Both the position numbers and the translations under genes were made by a program. Under the pieces are notes generated by a model. The model saw nothing but the letters and a program-made list of their open reading frames with translations, ran no database searches and was not told where the DNA came from. A stretch of 64,000 nt of DNA from Balanoglossus misakiensis (Eukaryota > Animalia > Hemichordata). Shown here one piece after another: positions 14,009 through 29,200 of this stretch. Each line of letters begins with the position of its first letter. Position 1 is the stretch's first letter. The stretch lies in NCBI GenBank assembly GCA_040954595.2, contig CM082577.2:1674001-1738000 (forward strand). Reading direction: 5' to 3'.

Positions 14009-15353
14009 ATGGCAGATATAACAGTGCGCATAACTCTGCTGATAATGACCATCTCGGCGGTTGTGGGGCAACAGACCACGGCCGAGAACAGGGGCTTTGC
14101 TGATCTGCACAGTCGCTACATCAAAGACGACAAGTGCGCCTACACGTTCATCCTGCCCCAAGACTCGACGTGTCCAAGCCTTCAGGACTTTCACCTGCGA
14201 CTGGGCAACCTGGAGTCACTCGGCACATCCACAGCTCACAGGGCGTCTGTCCTGGAGGCGAACAACACCGACTTGGAGGGAAGAATTACAACGATTGAAT
14301 CAAATAATCTTGAATCAGAACAACGACTGAGTAGCACCGAATCCAATCTTTCCACAATAGACAAGAGAGTCGCAGATTTGGAATCCATGGTACAAGAGCT
14401 GCAGAATTTACCATATCGCCATAGCAACAGCTATCCACACGGTAAACATAGCAAATTTCGCATTTTCTTTTATATTTGAAATAATACTCTTATATATTTT
14501 CATATAAAAATTACTTCGACTGTTTGACAGTCCTCATAATGCAATATTATTACATTTTAACAAAAAAGAAACGGATCACTGTACCAATTGTTATATTTGG
14601 AAATCTTGATACCAGGAAGTTCCCAATGACAATTCACGTGAAATAAAACTTTTTTTCTGACAGTATCAATCGAATATTTGAATTATTGCAGATTGCCAAG
14701 ATGCATACAAGATGAACAACAACTCTCTCACCGAAGGCGCTCACATAATCAGGCCACAAGGCTATCCGGAACCATTTGCCGTATTCTGTGAAGTCACGGA
14801 GGACGGCATATGGACCGTGATCCAGAGACGCCAGGATGGCTCCGTGGAGTTCCACAACACCTGGACTCCGTACAAGTTCGGCTTCGGATACGTCACCGGC
14901 GAGCACTGGCTGGGAAACGAGAAAGTGTTCCACCTGGTGAAGGGTGGCCAATACGTGCTCCGCGTTGACCTCCACGACTGGGATGGCAACGTGCTGTTCG
15001 CCGAGTACAACTTCTTCCAGATTGGCGGTGAGCAATCCGGGTACCTGCTGACGCTGGGCGAGTACTCCGGCACTGCTGGCGACTCACTGAGCTATCACAA
15101 CGGGTGGAAGTTCAGCACCTCGGACAGTGACAACGATGGCTCTGTGCACTGCTGCGCATGTAGCAGTGATGGTGGCAGCCCCGGACCAGGAGGGTGGTGG
15201 TTCAATGACTGCCACCATTCGAATCTAAACGGCCACTATTTTGTAAACGGCACTTACGATGGTTCTCACAGCATTGGCGTTGAGTGGATTGCATCTAAGG
15301 GACATTTTTACTCCTGGAAGGAAACTGTCATGAAAGTACAAAGTCTCACCTAG
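14009..15353 (+). CDS. Secreted angiopoietin-like fibrinogen-related-domain protein 2 (2 coding exons, ~364 aa), tandem paralogue
   Basis: Exon 14009-14441 (donor G|GTAAAC, phase 1) and exon 14692-15353 (acceptor TTGCAG) join to YPH-D-CQ. Signal peptide, DKCAYTFILP, a longer heptad coiled coil (LGNLE..VLE..LE..IE..TE..ID..LE), and a fibrinogen domain (WTVIQRRQDGSVEF, EHWLGNE, GGWWFNDCHHSNLNG). AATAAA near 15467. Confidence 0.93.
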
Positions 15354-15669
15354 AGCTGAAACTTTGTAATCATTTTCATAATCATTTTCGTATTATTTTC
15401 ATGATATACAGTGTTATCATACCGACCGGTATAATTCTTGATATTGGCTTTTAATTTTTATGGACAAATAAAAACAATATTTAAAATGTGTTGTATGGCA
15501 TCATTGGCACAATACGTACCAATCTTACAAAGCATCCACAATGAAAGTGCTCAAAGTCCAACCATTTTAATTAATAAACTCAAAAAAAAAAAACATTCAG
15601 CAGAACCAGATCAGGGAGATCAAAGATCTGTAATGCAAGTATTTGACACAACAAAAGGTACTTTCCTAC

Positions 15670-19847
<4,178 letters not shown>

Positions 19848-20260
19848 CTTGATGATAGTAGTTTGTTCTAGGATATTTACTCCAGTGTAGTCCTCCTGTG
19901 CTTAGAAACGAGATGGATGGTAACTATGTTGGATTCTTCCGCGTTCCCAGATTTGACTTGTCAAATATTACGAAATACCCAATGCTATTCACATTTTGAA
20001 ATATATTCCGTATGAAATAATAATTTCATGCACTTTTCCGGACATTTTTTGCTCTTATTTCGAGATTACACTCAGGACAAGTAGAGAAAGTAGAACTATT
20101 TTCTGTGAGTATCTACTGGCGCAGTAACTCGTTGTTATGGTCAGGTGTTGCAGGTCCCCTATGCTGACAACAAACAGTGGGCAGGAAACAACCCCATGAC
20201 TTCCTTTGAACCCAAAGTTTGTATGTAGCGTTTGAACGGCCCAGATGATAAGAGCACAAG
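19848..20260. promoter_or_regulatory. Probable bidirectional promoter between DHX40 and the PLAT-ankyrin gene
   Basis: Divergent ATGs 413 bp apart in locally CpG-enriched sequence. A YY1-type AAGATGGCGG overlaps the DHX40 start codon. Confidence 0.6.
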
Positions 20261-23200
20261 ATGTCGAAGGACGTCATCAAATCGACGGCTCGGAAACTGT
20301 GAGTTAATTTTTGGCAAACTGTTAGTCAGATCGTTGCTGTGATCATTAATGTCAGCGACTGTCACAGTCGCCAGTGGTCAAACATGAGAGAGAGTTGTTT
20401 AACTCATGTAACTAGTCACTTGACATTTCGTCTTGGGATCTTTACCATTAGCCTCAGAACTCAGTGGTCGTCGACTAGATCGTGGTACACCACACATTCC
20501 TCAAGCCAATTTCGATATATATATCCTTTCGTGTCTCTGATTGTGTCCATCTAACTCTATAAAGGAAGATCTAAAACTCATAGTCAACTAGTCTCTTGTA
20601 ATCTCGTGTGAGCCCAATCGACCCACTTTCCCTTTTCATTGTTTCTTTGAAATAAGTTATTGTTTGACTATTTGTCCAAACGCGTTTAATGACATAGCAC
20701 AGCAAGCCAGTGTCATTTGTTAAAAAAAATAATGTCAGAACTGTGTAATATACTGTTATAACCATACAACTTTCTTCGCACATTTGCATTTAAAAATTAA
20801 GTATCGTCGCATTATTACATGTTGATTGAAATTGATTTAATAGGCTGGGTATTATGTGCCAAGAAATATTACAAGCTAGGAACACAGATGTCACTACATC
20901 AGTGCTTTTACAAAATTCAAGTTACATGTTTGGTATAGTTTTGTTACACAGATCACAGAAAAACAATCTGCTATAAATGAAACTGAAGTCAAGTGTGAAT
21001 CATTTCTGAAATGGAATACAAGCACCCACATCTAAATAGTTTTGACATTAAAGAATTAACAATAGGTTAACACACCTATATTAGCATTTAAGGCTTGATA
21101 GAGCCTCCGTCATTGGGGCGGTCCATGGTTCAGATTAAGATATGTACATACAATTATACAATGCGTGTTGCCTCAGAACAAATTTAAAATGTCATAGCAC
21201 ACCCTTAATACCTGTTTTATGTTCTTCTGGACATATAAAATGACTATTAACGAACATCAATATATCAGACTAAATTACTTGATATTAGTGAAACAAGCAC
21301 AAGTTAAAAAAATATTAATTGAATATATTGAATCTTGAGATATTGATACCTGCCAAAAATAAGATCGAAAAGCATGTAGATCACTTGATTAGTGAACTGT
21401 GTGAAATGTCAGTGACCAGTTTGGGAAGTCTTAAACGATTCATTTTACGAGATATGCTGTATGTATTTTGAAGTCCACTGTATTTAACTCCTAGAGAGTG
21501 GTCTTTAACAGAATTCACAAAGCAAAGCAATTGAGTGGCAGAAAACAGTTTAGTGCCATTAACAGTTTAGTGAAAGACAGCTCCAGGAGGTCGTCAAATG
21601 TTCATTTCCATGTCTCTATTGCAGCAAACAATACATATACAACGTACAACTATTATAGTATAGAGCTCACTTTTATTTTAGCCCCTGAAAAACCTGGCCC
21701 TAGGATCTATGGCTAGAATGATTCATTGATATATGGTTTAGCCTAGTTACGCTGAATATCATATGTCAATAATTGCCGTTTATGTCAAGAATGATTTTGA
21801 TTTTGATGAAATGAATTGGTTACGATTCAGATGTGATTATATCAACTAAATGAAGTTAAGATTCAGTTGACTGAGTTTCACCTCCTGAGTGAGAAATTAA
21901 TTTACAATGACAGTTGTGAATTATATGTTTCAAAACAAATCAAATCTTATATTTTACAGACTTGTAGTTTCAATTTTTTTGGTGTGTGTATGTTAAAAGG
22001 GACCAAGGAGAATTCTTGTAAAGTTATCAATAATTTTATTACATATCAAAATCTAATGATTCAACATTTATGACGAATTTCAGATCTGATAGTGAAGAAA
22101 AAACCGATGTTAGTTATAATTTACATTGTAATTAAGTAAATGAACAGTGAAAGTGTTAGTACAATCATGAGTATACTTTTGAATACTATGGAGGTTGACT
22201 TTATATAATGTTAAAAGCAGCGGCCTGAACAGGTTCTATTTTGTAGTTCTGACAAAAGTCATATCAGTTGTCACCATTCAGGAACCATGGATCTGTAATC
22301 CAGTTTTATTTAAAAATATTTCTGTAGTTCAGAACCGATGAAAAAGCGGATAAACCACCGGCTTATTTCTGTCAGGTGACTGATAGATGCGACTTTGCAA
22401 TGAATGACATCGCAAAGGGGTATTGGTATGCATGTCACAGCTTGGTAAGGACTTGCTATCGTTGCCATGCCAACACTGTCCACCCTTTAAATTTCAAAGC
22501 ATTAGTATTATAGATGACAAAGCGATCTGTGTCAGGCTTTCATTGTAATGCGTTTACAGAGGGCAGTCTTTAGTCAAGCAGAAATTTCAACTCAATAAAA
22601 ATGTTTTTTCATGGTTTGATGCATGGCTTCATATTTTGCGTAAATCTTATTATTGTTTCAGAAAATATTACATGGAAATAAAGAGGTTGGAAGATGGATT
22701 TGATTTATCGGGACCCGAGTTACCTAAGCAGCGGTATCCACCAAAGAAACCTGTAAGTAAACGAATAAATAGAGTCTGGAGAATATATTTCCCTTGTTTC
22801 CTAAGTCTACCATCTACAGTAGTGTTTCTAGTATTCATCAGGTTGTCCATGTTTTCCCCAACATAAAGCACACAGGTCTCTGTGCTACAGCCAGTGGCAG
22901 AGTACGTATAAAGTAAATCTGCCCAGAAAAAAAGGCATAAATTCATGCACACATCCATAATCTGACTGTTTCAGTCATAAACATTTATAATAAATGTTTA
23001 TGACTGAAACAGTCAGATTAGATTCTCTGTATTTGTACTCTTAAAATCTTCTTTGTTTGTGCTTAAAGTGCCAGAAGGAAGATCGGATGGTTTTCTTTGT
23101 TGGGTTTTGTATTGAACAGGTACAAATGTGTACATGGGGTTAGCAGGTGTAAATCAACTTGTTGAACCATGAAGACACGTAATGTCTATCTTCGGACGTC

Positions 23201-26200
23201 GTCTCAATGTGCATTTCAGTTTAATGTGTTGTTTACTTTAAAGAAAAACTGGCAGTCGACAGCATTTTAGTAGAGTCTCAAATATTTGATCGAACTGCAA
23301 CACGTTTTTTGATATGAAGGAAGATCATAGCAGTGCCTCGCAGTTGCTGCTATTCACACAATGGGGGATGAAGCTTATAGAATTCGTATGAAGCCTAAGT
23401 AAAATTTAGTAAAAGTGCTGATAAAAAAAAACTCATTGGAGGACCAAAGACTTCATCAACAGCTTACAATCCACCAAACATGTGCATTATGAATTTATAG
23501 AGAGGATAGCAGGGCTGAAATGGAAAAAAATAAATATTTTTGCAAATCAGGCCAGTACTCCAGAGACTGTGAGAAACCTCAACAACCAGGCACATTAAAA
23601 CCTGCCATAAATACTTTGTCAGTTCTGATAAATAATTGTTTTCCCAAGAATTACAGGGTGGGGGTCGATACCCTATAATTGCTGTGGGGAGAACACTAGT
23701 TAAATTGGATGTAAATCATTGTCAGTATAAACGGTAGAAACGCAGGAATCTAACTCCTATTAGATGAGAAACTGATCATTCCTTTAATGCCTCGAGGTAC
23801 AGATTTATGTGGTACGGCACCAGATGCTTTCATCTATAAACCATGTGTAACAGAAAACACACATTTTCATTTCACCACAATAAAACACAAGTTAATTAAG
23901 AAATGGTTGCTGTGTATCGTTGTGAAGTGGACGTAAATCAACACGGCATTACCTGTCACTGCCTTTAGTGCTGACTGTTGTTTTATTAAAGAGTGGCATT
24001 TTTTCTGTGTGGGGTATCCAATTTCCTTTCTATTGCATCGAATTCCGCAATTTTAATTTGATAGATATGAGCATTAATTCTTGCTTTCGAAATATACTGA
24101 GAGTGAATATTTTTTCATTGTGAAGAGTTTTCAGGCTGTAGTTTTGACCATTGCAGTAATGAAGTTGTTCAACGAAGTGTGATATGTTGACATAACAATC
24201 ATAATGTTTCTCTGTATTTTTTATTAACCATTTAACCAAATGAGTTTGACAGAGCATTTCTTCACTGAATCCATCTAAGTTCAGTCTTGGAAGTTGAAGA
24301 CTGTACAAATCAACAGGTGGTTGTGAAGGACACTGGCAGATTTCCAGCATAGAGAAATTAAACAAAGATTGTAAAGTGCATGGCATAACTGAAGATTACC
24401 TAAAATGCAGTATGCCAGCCTAATTTTAGCACCATGCATTGCTTGTTCAAGTCTAGCCCATGTGTGTATAAGAACTCTTGAACTGTGCTGTTGTGTCAGC
24501 CGCGTCACAGTGTGTGCATGTTTGCACTGCACACACACGGGCTACAGTTACTGCAACTGATATGATGACACCAGATATGTGTACCTGGCCATCCTCCAAT
24601 ATTCATTATTACCAACAGATCCACTCCGCGTTTTGAGGGTGCATTTATCTGTTTTAATAAGCGTGTCGAACATGTAGCTCGGTTCATTATATTGATAAAG
24701 ACCATTGCTGCTGCAGCAAAGGTTATCTGCCCAGTTGTGAATTAGCGACTCACCAAGAGGCATAAGTGGGCGATGTTTCTGTCATAGCAACCAGCAGTGC
24801 TTACACATAAAATGCTCATCAACAAATACTACTCAGACATAGTCTGCACGCGGTGTGTGAAGTTATCTAGAAACCGTTTTGATAAATCATGTGATTCAAT
24901 TTCTGTAGCTGTGGCATTAGATAGAAAGTAAGGACAGTTAACATCTTGATTGTGTCGGGTCCCGGGGGTAACTTGAAGGTGAGACATTGTACTTAGTGAA
25001 TGGAAGGCCGTCGTGAAAACACAAAGCATATTTTTGGACAATGCCACTTGTAATGGGTAAAAGACTTCAGCCGGTGTGTGGGAGCTGTTGGTTTTTGTCA
25101 TAACGTTGACTCCTTAGAAACCAGACAACGGTCACCTCACGACACACAGGCAGGCATGTCTATTGACAGTTATAGCGTTGATACCCAGTAGGTCTAACTG
25201 TCAATGCGGACTTCTGTAATGGCTACCATAAGTATGTAGCTTTCTTTTCTATGGAGCTATAAACACCATCGTTTCTCGGTGACTCTGCTAACCTTTTTTG
25301 CTCCAAGAGAGTTGTAACTATTACATGTAAACGAAACTGTGACCAATACATATTTTAAATCCAGTTGTTTTGGTGTTGTGATGTACCTGTCAATTCATAC
25401 TCCTCATAGTTTAAAATGTTCAGCAAAATTAACTGTGCATTGTAAATAACATCCATTGTAATTATTATTTGAACACAGAAACACTCACTGTATACAAAGG
25501 TTACCACCTGTCCACACCTCTCGCCGACTGCTTGGAAACTGAGTGGATATCTTTTTCACGGTTGTGACAAACTTTCTGATTAAATTTACATGTGAAATCC
25601 TATGGTCAGATCCCTTGTGGGCAGTACAACATGTCCTCCACAGCCTATCGCAATTTGTTATTTGTTTGTGGGAGTATGGTTTCCATGGAAACAAAAGACT
25701 ACAACAACTCTTTTCAAGTCAAAATAAATCAGAGAAATATTCATTTCACCTTTCAGAGACCAACTCTTCAATACGATGGGCTCCATGATAGGAGTCTTAA
25801 ACATTACTTCCATGATACTGAAGTCAAACAGCATCTGAACACTCTCAATGCCCGGCAACAGAAGGAATCAGAGAGAGAGCAGAAAGTCAAGTAAGAATGT
25901 GCATTTTGTACTTAGTACTTCCTGTGTGAAAATATGCCATGGTGAATGTACATTGTACATTCACAAAACAAACCTGAAGATTTTATGCAATAGTAACAGA
26001 ACTCATGACTGCTGTGAATGATGTGTGCAGTGCACAAGTTACTGGTATTTTCACTTGTGATGAAGAGCTGAGCTCATGAAAGTTAGTACTGCCACAGAAT
26101 ATACCCCATCATTCATGGAAATTGCTTCTGTACAACACAGATCATGGGCAGACATCCATGAGTTCCTTTATATCATTCATACATGTTTATATAATACTGC

Positions 26201-29200
26201 ATATAATACTGTTTATTTTGCCATCTTCAGGGGACAAGTGAAAAAACACATGAAGAATTCTAAGTTCAGGGTAAGTCACAAAATAGATGGACAATCATGA
26301 ATTATCCTTATCAAAAAAATCATTAAAAACCACCTGTGAATCACTGCATGATATTAATTGGGGTTTTAATATTATTTTTGCAGCATCCGTATCTCCCAGA
26401 GGGTTTATACGTGCCAGCCAAACCACCGAAACCAAGAAACACTTCCAGGTCATATTCCGCAACGCGGCCATACTCAGCAGGTGCAACGAGGAGAAAGTAA
26501 GCCACCTGTTTTTTTTTCAACCCTTTCACCACCAAAAGCTGTTTTCCACCAGTAAATTTCCCCTTTAATAAGCCTACCCATCCATCAGTGACAAAAAACA
26601 GTGAAATAAAACACTATGTTCACAAATGAACATTTTCTAATTAGTTTCTTTGTAAAGTGGTACGGCTTGATATTTGTAATTGCTAGCATTCATATATACG
26701 TGTTTATTTTTCTTCGCTTAACCTGAAAACTTACCCAACCATAGATAGCAAACAAGAGACATTCATAAAGATGATAACTGAAGGATTCAAAACAGCCACT
26801 AACGGTTTTCCTCTTGTTGCTGTCTAACCCACCAGAAAACAGGGTACTTTACGTGGTGGTTCAGTTTTGTTACGTTCAAGACCGTCCAGTTACATCACGA
26901 GGGGAGAGGCTGAGAGACTCATAAACACTGCTACCAAGTTGCTAGTGGCAACAGTAAGTATCGTCATCCCAAATGAAATGTGTGTGTGTGTGAAATGCAA
27001 GACTGAAATATATTTTAAATGAGGGACGCAAAAATGAAACAAACAAACAATAAATAGATTTTTGTTATATGCATGCAAAAAAAAGTGAGACCCATGTAAA
27101 ATTAATTTTCAAGGAGTAACACCTTCATCATCGCATCTAACAAGTACGCATATCGCATGCTTACAAAATACCTTTGTTTTTAATTCCAGGAGGGTGTGGG
27201 GCTTGCTCAGAGCAAAGCAAAGAAAACTAAAGCTCCACGTGCAAAGTCATATGATAAGGTAACGGCAGCCATTTTCTCCCCGCTTTGATTAACAATATTT
27301 TATCTTGAATGGCATTGAGCTGCCTTGTGCATGTGGCCAGTGTATATCTGTATTGCGTACTGGAACTTAGAACCCTTTGAGAAACAAAACCATGAATTGC
27401 ATCGTTTTATTTTGTGTTTACATCTACCAGCTTTATGGAATTCAAAACGACGAGGACGATGAGAGTTTGCCTTACATTGATGGCACCAGCGAAGATGGCA
27501 GCCGAACCATGAATCGCTATGGTTACACCAGTGATACATCACGAGACTCCAGCCAGGTGGCGGAAGTGCGACCGAGGCCCAGGACGACCACTGGGTACCA
27601 CAGGCGACCAGACAGGCCACTGTCAGCCAAGGGACCCAGACCGAGGCCCGTACGACCAAGTAGTGCCAAATTTGCATATGATTTGAGTGGGCGCAAATAT
27701 AGAATAGAAAGAGTTGATGTAAGTCTGAACTTTCGATCAAATAATTCATTTCTGTGGGGGGTTTTAGTATTAAAATTAGAAGCATTTCAGGCCAGATACC
27801 TCCATTATTTCAATGTGAAAATTAATATCTAATTCATTCCGTTGTTTGAACAGAAACCGTCGCCAAAGTACACGACGTACGATGCCTCGGGGTCAGAAGA
27901 CGAGGACAATGCCTCAGAACAGTACAACGGTAGATACAATGGAATGAGGGTCCAAGTTCCGCCCAAGGGGTCAAGCAAACACCTGCCGGAGTGGCTAGCG
28001 TAAGTCTCCTAATCCAGTCCCGGATATCTCAATAAATTGGTTTGTATTACGCGAGCATTCAAAACCCACACCGCAGTGGATTAAACGTTGATGTTCTCGA
28101 TTACAATTTTGATTCATTTTTGCACAAATGTGGTCAAAGGTCAGGTCTTAGAGGCCACTCTTTGCTTTTCAAAGCTGGTGAAAATGCCAGCTGGTCTTTA
28201 AATTATGTCGTGGCCAATAGACCCCAACTTTGAAACCTTGCTTGAAGCAGCCATGCCATGACATGTGGTAAAAGAAATTATAGAGAGAAGGGGGTGTGAG
28301 TCCAATGTACTCTTTCAACACTGTAAAAAATGCATTTATTTTATGAGAAACTCACTTCAAACATTTAAACAAACAGAGTGCAAAGAGCCAAAGCTGACGA
28401 TGAAGACAGCGAACTGTCCGACAAGAGGAAGAAAAAAAGGCGGCCAAGAAAATCTAAAAATGAAGGTGATTTTGTTCAGGCAGACATGTCCACACAGACA
28501 GCTGAATCACACTCAACACAAACTATCTGTTATGATGACGCTAAATTTGTACAAACCACTACTGATTCTTATGCAGGTAAATGCTCCAATTCCATTGGTT
28601 GAACTGTCCATGTGATCTTGCATACATGATGGTAATTAGACCATAACATTTATGGAGTTCAGATAGAAGGAAAAAACTTGGAAGCAAATTTTAACATTGA
28701 TTATAGATGAACTCACGATGATCTCTTATAGTTATACAGCAAAGAAAATTACATCAGAAATTGAAAACACTGAAAAGTATGCAAGGTTGATGTCAGTGGC
28801 AGTTTGACCAAAGGAATTTGCTTTCAAACTTTCTGTCTGTGGTAATTATTGACTTTATGGCACAGTAACCCACTGTGTATATTTTTTCTGTAAATAATGC
28901 ATGCATCAAACTAGAAAAATAATTTCAAAGTAGAAATGTAATTCCTTACATGGTAAAGGTTGCGGTTTCATTTTATGACTTTTCACTTGGGACACATCAC
29001 TGTCAGGTTACTTCAACCTATATTGGTACTACCAGTATATTTACAATTAAAAGACACAGACCTCTTGATTTTGCACATGTGTACATGTACAGTTGCCTGT
29101 AGGTTTGACAAATTTGATGTGAGAAAGAGGATTATCATGATCTGCTGTTGTTTTTATCTCCAGGGATATCCTATTCTGAAACTGCTGCTCAGGCAACAGT

